Virus record (IMG/VR): IMGVR_UViG_3300027914_000334
Coordinates: 32,001 to 96,000 of that record
Direction: 5' to 3' (one strand)
Source of the DNA: a virus
Lineage: Duplodnaviria; Caudoviricetes
DNA: 64,000 nucleotides
Of this stretch, positions 39,136-48,808 are shown piece after piece (positions within the stretch are counted from its first letter, which is position 1; each line of letters opens with the position of its first letter). Below the pieces are notes generated by a model. The model had not been told where the DNA came from. It worked only from the letters and a program-made list of their open reading frames with translations, and made no database searches. The translations under genes were made by a program, and so were the position numbers.

Positions 39136-39702
39136 ATGAACACCAATTCGAATCAGGGAACCCTCGACCTCAACAACACGACCGAAACCCAGAACAACGT
39201 GACCGTCCTTCCTCCGGTTCTGGAACCGAAGAAGCGGGTACGGAAGCCTCTTTCCGAAGAGGAAAAAGCAGAGCGTGCAGCGGCTGAAAAGGCGAAGCGC
39301 AAGGAAATCAGACAGGAAGTCGTTAAGGAACTTCTGGCTTCCATGAACGAAGCCGAGCGTGCCGCCGCTACCGACGGATTCTCTGATGAATTCTTTTCGA
39401 TGCAGGAAAAGGTTGCGGAACTTGTCGATATTCGCTACAAGGCGTTCAAGAAATCCACCAAGGGAACGAAGAAACCGCGCAAGGCGTTCGACGTTCTCGA
39501 CTATCTGAAGCGCAAGATGTCCGAAATCGCCTTCGACCTCATGCATACGGAATTCAAGTCGAAGAAGACCGGCGAAGTTCGCAAACTGTCCTTCACCATC
39601 GACCAGTGGAAGGAAGCGGGTGAATTCGGATTCTTAAATCCGAAGCGTCGCGAAACCCGCGTTCGCAAGTCGAAGGCTGATAAAGTCGCAGAAACCAAGT
39701 AA
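39136..39702 (+). CDS. highly codon-biased, basic/charged hypothetical protein
   Basis: CAGGAG RBS; Lys/Arg/Glu-rich, possibly nucleic-acid binding. Confidence 0.7.
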   Translation: MNTNSNQGTLDLNNTTETQNNVTVLPPVLEPKKRVRKPLSEEEKAERAAAEKAKRKEIRQEVVKELLASMNEAERAAATDGFSDEFFSMQEKVAELVDIRYKAFKKSTKGTKKPRKAFDVLDYLKRKMSEIAFDLMHTEFKSKKTGEVRKLSFTIDQWKEAGEFGFLNPKRRETRVRKSKADKVAETK

Positions 39703-39796
39703 TCAGCTTACACAAGGAAATCCCGCCAGAAATGGCGGGATTTCCTTGTTTGAGGCAATATAAATTTTGCCTTAATTAAATCTAAGGAGAATTGTT

Positions 39797-40084
39797 ATGT
39801 TACACAATGACGACAATTATAAGTCCTTCCATATCACCAGTGTTCTGTTAAACAGAATTAACAAACGAGTTAATAGGTGCCGCTTAGATAAGCGGCTCAA
39901 TAACAATTCGTTTTTCAAAACCTACAATAAAGGTGCTGTGTGCTATCATTACCGCTCACAGCATAAACACTACGTTGTTATGCTGTTTAAGGGTGGAATG
40001 AAGCTTTACTCTACCAATGGAGTAAGCTTCTCCGGTACCTCTCTAGCTACACATTCTGTTATAGAGGGAGTCTTCGGAATATGA
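39797..40084 (+). CDS. hypothetical protein
   Basis: AAGGAG RBS after a repeat element. Confidence 0.6.
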   Translation: MLHNDDNYKSFHITSVLLNRINKRVNRCRLDKRLNNNSFFKTYNKGAVCYHYRSQHKHYVVMLFKGGMKLYSTNGVSFSGTSLATHSVIEGVFGI

Positions 40085-40296
40085 GATACTATGTTCAGTT
40101 CTTAGATGAAAACAAGAAAAGTATTTCTTTAGGTAACGACGGTTCATTTATAAAGGATTTCCCGCTCGTAAGAGCAAGGAAAACCATTGATATGTATATG
40201 AAATACAATCCTCTTAGAGATGAGATACACTACGCGGCTATTCACATATTCTCCTTCTCAGACAGCAAACCAATACTTACATTAAAACTTAAATAA
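40081..40296 (+). CDS. hypothetical protein
   Basis: ATGA overlap with the upstream ORF. Confidence 0.6.
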   Translation: MRYYVQFLDENKKSISLGNDGSFIKDFPLVRARKTIDMYMKYNPLRDEIHYAAIHIFSFSDSKPILTLKLK

Positions 40297-40382
40297 ACTC
40301 CACTACCCTGCATAGAAATATGCAGGGATTTCCTTGTTTGAGGGAAGTTAATTTCTCTCTACTTTAATCAAGGAGAAATACA

Positions 40383-40826
40383 ATGAAAACACATTTGTTG
40401 GATTTTGACGTACCAACAAGTAAGCCGATGCATAGCCTTTGCGGAAAGCCGTTTGTATGGCTTTCCAACGAAGGCAAGGCATCATGTCCAATCTGTAATC
40501 GTATTCGTGAGATACAGAAACGTTCAGAGCTTATCCAGAATGTTCTCAAGGAAGAGTGTTCTGGTAGCGGGATTGACTGTGAGTGGGAGTTTGAACAGAA
40601 GAAAGGAGTTCTTTACGCTAAGAATTCATTTCACACGATGAACGATGCCGGTTATTACGTTGGGTACGCAGACTTTACGTTGCGTATCGACGTTACAATA
40701 CCAGAAGAGTTTGTATTGACCTTTAACGGTCAGCGTTCTCATGTGTTAAATCGTCGTTATATGCTTAGGGAATATCTGGAAGATACCTTTGCATATGCTC
40801 TTACGAAACCGGCATTCAATATCTAA
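40383..40826 (+). CDS. conserved-looking phage hypothetical protein (SGSGID...SFH.M...GYY.G motif)
   Basis: AAGGAG RBS; motif recalled from phage hypotheticals. Confidence 0.65.
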   Translation: MKTHLLDFDVPTSKPMHSLCGKPFVWLSNEGKASCPICNRIREIQKRSELIQNVLKEECSGSGIDCEWEFEQKKGVLYAKNSFHTMNDAGYYVGYADFTLRIDVTIPEEFVLTFNGQRSHVLNRRYMLREYLEDTFAYALTKPAFNI

Positions 40827-40915
40827 CAACATATCCCTGCATAGAAATATGCAGGGATTTCCTTGTTTGTAGGCAATTATATTTGCCTACACAAACTACC
40901 AAGGAGGCTTACCAT

Positions 40916-41839
40916 ATGGTAAAGCGCAAGAACATTTTCACGGCTGTTGATGCTGAAGGTAATCCGATTGACCTAATCGGTTACACGATTGCGTGGACGG
41001 GAATGAAACGCGAATATAACATGATGGATGTCATTTCCGCGTTCAAAAACAACAATCTCCCTGTTAAGCATCTCGAAAAGGGGAAGGAACGAATTTCCTT
41101 CGTTCTTCGTGCTTTGAACAAGGCAAAGCAGGATATGCTTCTTCGTGAAGTGGAAAAGGGAGATACCACAATCCGCTACCAGTTCACAAAAGAGTACGTG
41201 GACACAATGCCCGATGGAACGCTTTACAAAGCTTTCCGTCCTGAAGAGTTCGTTGTGTATGACAAGGTGAATGACAGGTTACTTGCCGAAACTCCTGAAA
41301 AGGAAAAGTTTCTGCACGAACTTCTTCGGCATTGCTCCGAAACGTTCACGAATTCCGATGTAACTCGTTACATACAGGCGTTGTTTAACGAAGCGTCGAT
41401 GATCCCTCTTCGTGGAAGAGGATCGATGTACTTCGTTCCTGCTAAATACACTACGTTAGTCCATTCTGTAAAGTCGATGTTCGAAACCATCGATCCAGAT
41501 GGATGGTTCACCCTTATTGAAATGCCTGACCTCAAGTTCACGAAGGAAAGTGTTAAATCTTCCTTCGAAAACGATATGGCAAGCAAGCTTGCCGATCTCA
41601 AGGTGGAGATGGAAAAGCTTCAGGAGAAGGACGGTATTACTCCGAGAGTCTATCGTGCCAGAATGGAAGAGATTGGCAGGTGGGCTAAGGACTTGGAGAT
41701 GTATACTGAACTGACACAGTATACCTTGGAAGATGCGAAAGACGTTATCAAGGAAGCTTCCACACTTCTAACGACCTTCATGGAGAATGGTGAGCTTCCC
41801 GGTGATGCTCCTGCCGAAACTCCGACCGAAGAAGCCTAA
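40916..41839 (+). CDS. DUF3150/DUF6744-like protein
   Basis: IPLR.RG..YFVP followed by a coiled coil; precedes the AAA/VWA pair. Confidence 0.55.
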   Translation: MVKRKNIFTAVDAEGNPIDLIGYTIAWTGMKREYNMMDVISAFKNNNLPVKHLEKGKERISFVLRALNKAKQDMLLREVEKGDTTIRYQFTKEYVDTMPDGTLYKAFRPEEFVVYDKVNDRLLAETPEKEKFLHELLRHCSETFTNSDVTRYIQALFNEASMIPLRGRGSMYFVPAKYTTLVHSVKSMFETIDPDGWFTLIEMPDLKFTKESVKSSFENDMASKLADLKVEMEKLQEKDGITPRVYRARMEEIGRWAKDLEMYTELTQYTLEDAKDVIKEASTLLTTFMENGELPGDAPAETPTEEA

Positions 41840-41930
41840 TCGTTACATATCCCGGCGTAGAAATACGCCGGGATTTCCTTGTTTGAGGGAAGTTAATTTC
41901 TCTCATAAATTATCTAGGAGGTTTCCAATT

Positions 41931-43067
41931 ATGGAAATCAGAGAAAAGTTGTTGGCTCAAAACACATTGCTCGAAAAGTATATCTTCGAACGTGAAACAG
42001 AGATTGCCCTTATGAACCACATTCTTCTCACGAAGAATCACTCCTTCTATATCGGAGATCCAGGGTGCGCTAAGTCTCTGCTTGTTGATCTCAAGCAGAA
42101 GCTTATCACTGGAATCAAATATTTCTACAATAACTGCCATTCTTACATTAAGACTGGCGAAATCGTTGGGCCTGAAGATATCATGAAACTTAAGCAAGGT
42201 GTTATGGAATTCATTCTTGATAATCACCTTGTAATGTCTCATGTTGCGTTCTTGGATGAAGTTTTCAAGGCACATAAACAGTTGTCTTGCTTATTGCCTG
42301 TTATCAATGAGCGCATATTCTCTCAGAACGGCAACATAGTAAAGTCTCCACTCATGTCTTGCTTCATGGCAAGTAATGAGCTTCCCGGTGATAAGGAACT
42401 ATCTGCTTTTTACAATAGAATCCTGTTTAAGTTCTTCGTTGGTAGCGTAAGTGAATTTGAGACTCAGATTAACCTTCTGTATCTCGATGAGTTGCCTGAG
42501 TTTCCTACCAATCCTTCTTGTGCTATCACAATCGATGAATTGAAACAGGCACAGGCCGATGTTGCTAAGGTAACGATTCCGCGTGAAACAGCGGAAATGA
42601 TCGTTATGCTTGCTAATATCGCAAGAAATGAATTTGTTAAGGTTAGTGATAGACAGATTCGTTGGCTTGCGAAGCCTGTTAAGGCAGAAGCATGGCTTAA
42701 CGGTCGTACTGAGGCAATGCCAGAGGATTGCGAAGTCCTTAAACATTGTCTCTGGAATGATCCGCACAAGGAGCGTGATATCGTATTCTCTCAGGTGAAT
42801 AAAATGTGTAACCAACAGCTTGACGATATCCTTACGAAGCTCGATACCGTTATCGGGCCGAAAGGTATCCTTGCTGATTGGCGTGCGGCTGGACCACAAG
42901 CTAACCATAAGGAAACAGCGGAACAGATTCGTTTAATTAAGAACGAACTGGAAAGCATGAAGCCGTCCGAAAAGAACAAGTCGGAGTACAATCGCGTGTA
43001 TAAGCGCATTTGCGCTGAACATAAGGCTATTCTCCCGTTTGCGGTTAAGCAGATTCAGAACCGCTAA
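41931..43067 (+). CDS. MoxR/RavA-family AAA+ ATPase
   Basis: FERE, GDPGCAKS, FLDEVFKA, INER, ASNELP, VSDR, CLW. Confidence 0.9.
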   Translation: MEIREKLLAQNTLLEKYIFERETEIALMNHILLTKNHSFYIGDPGCAKSLLVDLKQKLITGIKYFYNNCHSYIKTGEIVGPEDIMKLKQGVMEFILDNHLVMSHVAFLDEVFKAHKQLSCLLPVINERIFSQNGNIVKSPLMSCFMASNELPGDKELSAFYNRILFKFFVGSVSEFETQINLLYLDELPEFPTNPSCAITIDELKQAQADVAKVTIPRETAEMIVMLANIARNEFVKVSDRQIRWLAKPVKAEAWLNGRTEAMPEDCEVLKHCLWNDPHKERDIVFSQVNKMCNQQLDDILTKLDTVIGPKGILADWRAAGPQANHKETAEQIRLIKNELESMKPSEKNKSEYNRVYKRICAEHKAILPFAVKQIQNR

Positions 43068-43158
43068 CATACAATCCCCTGCATAGAAATATGCAGGGGA
43101 TTTCCTTGTTTGAGGGAAGTTTATTTCTCTCTAGTAAATTCATAAAGGAGATTGTTAT

Positions 43159-44487
43159 ATGCGTAGTTTTCTAATCAATCGGTTTAGTGATTACATGTAT
43201 AGCAAGAATTCAAAGGCTGATAAAGATTTGAATAACTTGTTATATCAAAATCACTGGAACAGTAACTTCGAAGATAACATGAAAGACCTGTTTTCGGCTT
43301 ATTACAAGAAGGATATGAAGTATAGTGATAAGCCAGATCCTCTATTCAAGGGATTCTTCGATGCCGTTAAGGAAACAAGAGAGTTTGTTGATATGACGGC
43401 TAAAACGAAGGGTAATCCTGTTCTCTCCTACTATGCTACAAAGCGCATGTCGGAAGAGATGAGTAAAGCGATAGCAGGGATGTTCTCAGAACTGAAAGAG
43501 AAATCCAAAGATTTCAACGATCATCCAGATAAGGTCAAAGAGGATGCGTTGAAAGACGCTATCGAAAAGCAAAAGGATTCCATTCGTGCCGCTATGCGCC
43601 ATGCTACGAAGGAAGTAGCAGAGGACGTAGAAAAGGTAGAAGATATAATCTCTACCTGTGGTATCGGAGACGAGAATGGACAGCCTCGTTCTATTGATGA
43701 TTTGCAAAGCATCATCGAACTTGCTAACGATATTCTCAAGAATCCATTATTTAAAGAGATTATCGATATGGCTGGTAGAATCCAGCGTAAAGCCAACTCT
43801 GTTCTTCTAAGTCTATGCAAAGGACAGGGTGAACCCGTTGGCATTGAATTTGGTAAGGAGATTGATAAACTCCTTGCCAGTGAATATGCTATGATGGGTG
43901 ATCCTGATCTTGATACGTTGTTCTGGAAGAATTACGTATCGGAGAACCTTTACCAGTGGGAAGAACGTGGAGAAGAACCACAAGATAAAGGCCCGGTTAT
44001 CGTAGCAATCGATCAATCTGGGTCTATGGATGGATACAAGCGTAAGTATTCTTGTTCCTTCCTGTTTGGTATCTATATGGTATGTAAGAAGTCAAATCGT
44101 CCTCTCTACGTTATCGCCTTCGACGTAAGAACAAAGACTTACAAAATCGAAAGCGAAACGGAAATCTTCAAGGTAATGAAGGAGTTTCTTGGTGGTGGTA
44201 CGTCGTTTGACGCTCCCCTACTGGAAACCATCAATATCTTGAAGAATGAGAAGGAAATGGAGAAAGCCGATCTAATCTTCATCACCGATGGGGAAGCTTA
44301 TATCAAGCAGGAAGTTCTTGATGAGCTTATGGCATACAAGAAGGAAATATCCTTCAATATCATCGGTGCTATGATAGGCTATTCTTACATGGATGTTCTT
44401 GGTAAGTTTGCAGACAAGACATTCAAGATCGATAGCCTTACAGGAACGGAAAGCGTTAAGTTCCTAGAGGAAGCGTTTAGCATCTAA
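43159..44487 (+). CDS. ViaA-like VWA-domain protein
   Basis: KGP.IVAIDQSGSM (MIDAS), GGTSF, ADLIFITDG. Confidence 0.9.
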   Translation: MRSFLINRFSDYMYSKNSKADKDLNNLLYQNHWNSNFEDNMKDLFSAYYKKDMKYSDKPDPLFKGFFDAVKETREFVDMTAKTKGNPVLSYYATKRMSEEMSKAIAGMFSELKEKSKDFNDHPDKVKEDALKDAIEKQKDSIRAAMRHATKEVAEDVEKVEDIISTCGIGDENGQPRSIDDLQSIIELANDILKNPLFKEIIDMAGRIQRKANSVLLSLCKGQGEPVGIEFGKEIDKLLASEYAMMGDPDLDTLFWKNYVSENLYQWEERGEEPQDKGPVIVAIDQSGSMDGYKRKYSCSFLFGIYMVCKKSNRPLYVIAFDVRTKTYKIESETEIFKVMKEFLGGGTSFDAPLLETINILKNEKEMEKADLIFITDGEAYIKQEVLDELMAYKKEISFNIIGAMIGYSYMDVLGKFADKTFKIDSLTGTESVKFLEEAFSI

Positions 44488-44603
44488 TACACGATCCCGG
44501 TGTAGAAATACTCCGGGATTTCCTAGTTTGAGGAAGCTTTAATTCCTTGCTGTAACAGAACTGGTTTACAGTTCTGAAATGAATTAAAGGAGATTTAAAC
44601 TCT

Positions 44604-44942
44604 ATGGAAACCTATTCCGAACAGGATTACAGAGATGTAATCCTAGCACAGCAACAAACGATTGATATGATGTCAAAAAAGCTTGAATTACTTAACAAGG
44701 TAGACAATCGTAAGATCAATCACAATGCCAATTCGATCTCTGAAGCCCTTAACATTACAAAAGAAGGGATTGAAGAACTAGAGGTTATGATTAGACTCTG
44801 GTTCTATAAACAACTTTCTCAATCTGAAATGATCGAAAAGATTGAGAAATCCCCTCTCCCATTACGTGAAAAGCTTCTGGCTTGTCACTTGATCGGACAA
44901 GCATTTGCGGAGTTCATCCTTACAACCGGAGGCAAGAAATAA
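44604..44942 (+). CDS. hypothetical protein
   Basis: RBS after a repeat element. Confidence 0.6.
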   Translation: METYSEQDYRDVILAQQQTIDMMSKKLELLNKVDNRKINHNANSISEALNITKEGIEELEVMIRLWFYKQLSQSEMIEKIEKSPLPLREKLLACHLIGQAFAEFILTTGGKK

Positions 44943-45514
44943 TGTATTCAAATATTGCTAACCTTAAAATTAGTATTCGTAACATTAACGTGGAATATCT
45001 CAACGGGAGCAAGTTCGAATTTATTGCAGATGAAGACCTTAAGTTCCCGAAGGAGAAAGAGTACAGTGTTACAGGTACTCTTAACGGAGTCGCGGGGCAA
45101 TTGGAAATTAAGCATTGTAATCTTGTCCTTACTGCTATGCCAAGGTACGCGGCTTCGTTCTACTTTCCATCTGAAGTAATCTATAACGTTAACAAGTTCA
45201 TTAAGAGGGGCAAGGAGTTCGATTTAAACTACTGTAAGCATCTTCGTAATACATTCTCAAAGTTACACTTTGTAGAAGTGTGCCTAAATAACAAGACGTT
45301 CGACGATGAAACAGTAAATATGAAAATAGAAAAGCTTCGAAATCTTACTATGATGTATTCAACTGGCGTATATACACGTCCAACGCTCGTATATTATGTA
45401 AGGTCTGAAAAGCCAGTGGAAATCCTCTACAGTATTGTTAAAGAAGGCAAGATTGTAGAACATAACGAAATCCAAGGGTATTCTCTTGCGGGGGTGCCTA
45501 TGTATGGATCATAA
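44942..45514 (+). CDS. hypothetical protein
   Basis: TAATG coupling with the upstream ORF. Confidence 0.6.
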   Translation: MYSNIANLKISIRNINVEYLNGSKFEFIADEDLKFPKEKEYSVTGTLNGVAGQLEIKHCNLVLTAMPRYAASFYFPSEVIYNVNKFIKRGKEFDLNYCKHLRNTFSKLHFVEVCLNNKTFDDETVNMKIEKLRNLTMMYSTGVYTRPTLVYYVRSEKPVEILYSIVKEGKIVEHNEIQGYSLAGVPMYGS

Positions 45515-45689
45515 TATCGTCGTAGGTCTTGCTAATGCAATAATCCAGATAGTTATGGTTCTGTTGTATGGTGCGTTATGTATTGGATTCCTAGCAGCTA
45601 CTATCCAGATATTATGTGCAATAGCTCCGATGATATTCCTTGGAGCGTTTGTAACTGGAATCGTTACTGCTATCATAAGAGGTAGCTGA
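45486..45689 (+). CDS. small membrane protein
   Basis: almost entirely hydrophobic. Confidence 0.6.
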   Translation: MRGCLCMDHNIVVGLANAIIQIVMVLLYGALCIGFLAATIQILCAIAPMIFLGAFVTGIVTAIIRGS

Positions 45690-45725
45690 TTACAAATCCC
45701 GGTGTAGAAATACACCGGGATTTCC

Positions 45726-45953
45726 TTGTTTGAGGGAAGTTTTATTTCCAATCTAATTCAATTTGGAGGTTATATGATCTATATAACGATCAAGCCACAC
45801 AAGAACAATCACTACATGCCTAGTACAAAAGAAGATTTTATAAAGCTTGATGAGTTAGGTTTATTTCCGTTTATCAATAAGGAATCGGTACCGTATATCG
45901 AAAATCTCAAAGGTATCAAATTCATAATCGAAGGAGAAAATAACAATGGCTGA
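45726..45953 (+). CDS. hypothetical protein
   Basis: true start is probably the ATG after GGAGG (~45774). Confidence 0.55.
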   Translation: MFEGSFISNLIQFGGYMIYITIKPHKNNHYMPSTKEDFIKLDELGLFPFINKESVPYIENLKGIKFIIEGENNNG

Positions 45954-46353
45954 TATTACTATTTGCGCTAATAACAAATGTCCTATCAAGGAACGATGCT
46001 ACAGATACACGGCAAAATGCTCGCCCTATCAATCATATAGCTATTTCGAATCATATGAGAAAGACGGTCGAGTAGCTTGCGATTACTATATGGGCAAGTA
46101 TGTCAATATTCGGATGCCAGATGGTGCTACTTTAAAAATAACATTTGATGAAAACAATGTTGTAAAGCTTGAAAGCACCTTGAAGGTCGATCCGAAAACC
46201 GATAATGATGGAACGTATCACGAATTCAATGCCGCTATTGATGGTATGGAAGCCCTTATCATTTCAATGATACACAACGGAATTGATATCGAAAAGCGAG
46301 AGATTTTAAACGCAATCATACGCGCTTATTCTGAAATTTCAGTTAGGTTTTAA
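45946..46353 (+). CDS. 'MADIT.C' Cys-rich domain protein
   Basis: DITIC...CP....CYRY; paralog of 47588..47779. Confidence 0.65.
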   Translation: MADITICANNKCPIKERCYRYTAKCSPYQSYSYFESYEKDGRVACDYYMGKYVNIRMPDGATLKITFDENNVVKLESTLKVDPKTDNDGTYHEFNAAIDGMEALIISMIHNGIDIEKREILNAIIRAYSEISVRF

Positions 46354-46363
46354 GGAGGATAAT

Positions 46364-46564
46364 ATGAAAAGGCTCATTCTTCGTAACTCATTCCATAACA
46401 CGAAAATCACAATTCTTGCGGAAGAAGGAATCAGTCCTTATGCCGCATATCAGGACATTGCTTGTCTTGCATATTCCGGAGACAAGGCTGCAAAAAGGAA
46501 ACTCCAAAAAATCAATAGGGTGCTTTGCGGAATGTCTGACTGTAAGTGTGGAATCATAAGATAA
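46364..46564 (+). CDS. hypothetical protein
   Basis: AAGGAGG RBS; LCG..DC.CG at the C-terminus. Confidence 0.6.
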   Translation: MKRLILRNSFHNTKITILAEEGISPYAAYQDIACLAYSGDKAAKRKLQKINRVLCGMSDCKCGIIR

Positions 46565-46651
46565 ATATAAATCCCACGTAGAAATACGTGGGATTTTCCT
46601 ATTTATGAAGGAAGTTAAATTCCTATCTAAATAATCCAAAGGAGAACGTTT

Positions 46652-47029
46652 ATGTTTCTTAAATGTATGTCTGGATATGATCGTTCTGGAAATGCTTGGT
46701 CAAGAGGAAAGTTTCTCATAATGGCTATTCCTGAAAATGGAGCTATGAAGCCCATTAGGTGTTTTGTTCGACATGTCAGCATGAAACAATTCGGACATTG
46801 GATGATGGGGAAAGCCCGTATCCATAACCAATCCATCACCATGTCTGGTTCGTACGGTTGTGACGGGCTTCCTGTTACTGTAAAGAACGAGATTTACAAA
46901 ACAGGACTCGATCTTCCAGAAGAGTTGTATAACGCATGGAAGAACGGTGGTGGTTGGAATTGTGCTGGAAGCGAAGCCAAGGCTATCTGCGATTGGGCAA
47001 GAGCCAATCAGAAAAGACTGGAGAAATAA
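46652..47029 (+). CDS. hypothetical protein
   Basis: AAAGGAG RBS after the last repeat element. Confidence 0.65.
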   Translation: MFLKCMSGYDRSGNAWSRGKFLIMAIPENGAMKPIRCFVRHVSMKQFGHWMMGKARIHNQSITMSGSYGCDGLPVTVKNEIYKTGLDLPEELYNAWKNGGGWNCAGSEAKAICDWARANQKRLEK

Positions 47030-47217
47030 TATGAAACTACTAACAAATAGTCAAATTGCAGATATCGCCAAAAAAGCATATATGTTATATTCTAACGCAA
47101 GAATGATGAATATTCTTTTATCACTGGATGATAATGGAAACCTAATTGAGAAATTACGATTGGAAACTTCTGAATTGATATGTGAAATTATCGCTATCAC
47201 AAAAAGGAAGAAGTAAT

Positions 47218-47586
47218 ATGATTAAAATCGGGTATAAAGTTTTGATGGAAAGAGAACTTGGATTCCTTATGTCGTTTTCACAATCACTCCCATATCATGA
47301 TGGCGCAAGAACGTATCATATTAACAAGAAAACTGTACCATTGAATGGATTTGGGCCATTAACCATATTTACAAATCTAATATCCGCGAAACGTTATAAT
47401 AATTCTATGGGTGGGAATGGAGCAATTTTTGTTTGTCAGTATGAAGAAAGCGAACATGACCATGTATGGGATACACACCATAGAATTAGTAAAAATGAAA
47501 TGGTATATGACTATCTTAGACATTGTAGTGTTTCTATAATTGATGTTGCTCTTGCAAAATGGGTAAAGATTACAACGGAGGTATAA
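47218..47586 (+). CDS. 'KIGYKVV' family protein, divergent copy
   Basis: MIKIGYKVL..YHINK...FGPL.IF. Confidence 0.65.
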   Translation: MIKIGYKVLMERELGFLMSFSQSLPYHDGARTYHINKKTVPLNGFGPLTIFTNLISAKRYNNSMGGNGAIFVCQYEESEHDHVWDTHHRISKNEMVYDYLRHCSVSIIDVALAKWVKITTEV

Positions 47587-47587
47587 T

Positions 47588-47779
47588 ATGCCTGATATTA
47601 CGATGTGTTCTGGATTTAGAATCATTAATGAAAAGAAAACTATGTGCGATAAAAGACATGATTGTTATAGATATAAAGCTACACCTTCTGATATGCAATC
47701 ATGGTTTATGTATTCCCCATTCGAATTGAAAGAAAATAAATGTTATTGTGATTATTATTTACAGATGAGAAAGTCATAA
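47588..47779 (+). CDS. 'MPDITMC' Cys-rich protein
   Basis: GGAGG RBS; paralog of the 45946 N-domain. Confidence 0.65.
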   Translation: MPDITMCSGFRIINEKKTMCDKRHDCYRYKATPSDMQSWFMYSPFELKENKCYCDYYLQMRKS

Positions 47780-47783
47780 CTAT

Positions 47784-47816
47784 AAAAAAGGACTACCGAA
47801 AGGTAGTCCTTTTTTT
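47784..47816. terminator. bidirectional terminator at the convergence point
   Basis: AAAAAAGGACTACC-GAAA-GGTAGTCCTTTTTTT. Confidence 0.9.
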
Positions 47817-47869
47817 GTGTCCGTATAACGTGAATTTTTACTAAGATGAACACCTAATAGGCGGCGGCC

Positions 47870-48472
47870 TTAAACCGTGGGCGTAATAGGTTTATTTGGT
47901 AGGTCATTTAACTCTGGTAAGTCGTTAAGATCGATATCCATCTTTTCAATCTTATCTATCTCGATACCATCTTTGTTTTGTTCGGCTATAATAGCCTCTT
48001 CTGCACCACTCTTTATATTCTTTGTAAGTGCTTCGATTAAAGCTTTCTTAAGGTCGGTAATCTTATCATCATCAATAGGCTTACCTGTAGCCTTTTCCAT
48101 GTTCTCTTCAATATTCTTTGTTGCAAGAGAGGAATCTATATACATTTTGAATATCTTCTCGATATCGTTTGTCTGAGCAAGCAATTTCAGTGATAGATTA
48201 CCTGTAAATTTCAACAGGCTTATCACTTGCTTTACATTCATCTCATTCAGAATATTAGGATCGAATATTCTAGCTTCAAGTAAGCTAATCCAGTTCTGAA
48301 TCTTCTTTAACATATCGACACGTAATTTCGTACCTTCTGTTAAAGAAGAATAGATTTGCTTCTCCCTTAGAATCTGAAGTCTTTGATTAAGACGATCAAT
48401 AGATGTCTTTCTATTCTTGAAAGCATCCAGTTCTGTCTGTGTAAGCTTGATTAATTCGCCTTTATCGCTCAT
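47870..48472 (-). CDS. helical hypothetical protein
   Basis: 200 aa ORF at the end of the minus-strand operon. Confidence 0.6.
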   Translation of the reverse strand: MSDKGELIKLTQTELDAFKNRKTSIDRLNQRLQILREKQIYSSLTEGTKLRVDMLKKIQNWISLLEARIFDPNILNEMNVKQVISLLKFTGNLSLKLLAQTNDIEKIFKMYIDSSLATKNIEENMEKATGKPIDDDKITDLKKALIEALTKNIKSGAEEAIIAEQNKDGIEIDKIEKMDIDLNDLPELNDLPNKPITPTV

Positions 48473-48475
48473 ATA

Positions 48476-48808
48476 TTATCCTTCGTACAGGGAGATAGTC
48501 TTTTCTTCATTCTTAAAATTTCTAATTTCGTCCTTTACCATATAACCACTATTGAAAAATCTATAGAATGTAATCAGACATTTAGCTAGAATTTTATTTC
48601 TGTATGTTCTTAGGATATATTTTATCTTCGTATTGTCTACATTTCTTAATGTAGCCTTTATCTTACTCTTTTTAACTATATTGAAGAACTCATGTAATGC
48701 ATACACTTTATATTTGAAGTTAAACCTATTAGATTTCTTAAAGAATAGTGAGAACATATCACCATCTAGTAATTTATCTATATTGTCTACCTTCTGTCTT
48801 TCACTCAT
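48476..48808 (-). CDS. hypothetical protein
   Basis: overlaps the upstream stop. Confidence 0.55.
   Translation of the reverse strand: MSERQKVDNIDKLLDGDMFSLFFKKSNRFNFKYKVYALHEFFNIVKKSKIKATLRNVDNTKIKYILRTYRNKILAKCLITFYRFFNSGYMVKDEIRNFKNEEKTISLYEG

Larger units (their letters stand above)
37719..46625 (+). repeat. 13 intergenic double-hairpin elements (~37720, 37898, 38274, 38624, 39044, 39716, 40306, 40833, 41849, 43073, 44494, 45694, 46569)
   Basis: consensus ATCCC-stem-A-GAAA-T-stem-GGGATTTCCTTGTTTGAGGGAAG-loop-TTCYCTC, then an RBS. Confidence 0.92.

Noticed and set aside
41931-43067. AAA ATPase as the sigma-54 activator
   Set aside because: No GAFTGA loop or HTH; the motifs and the VWA partner indicate MoxR/RavA.
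37719-46625. CRISPR array interpretation of the repeats
   Set aside because: Spacing is irregular (about 0.2-1.4 kb), the intervals are genes, the stems vary in sequence, and no cas genes are present.
37719-46625. Integron attC cassette interpretation
   Set aside because: No RYYYAAC/GTTRRRY ends and no integrase in the window; GAAA tetraloops and G-U pairs favour an RNA-level function.
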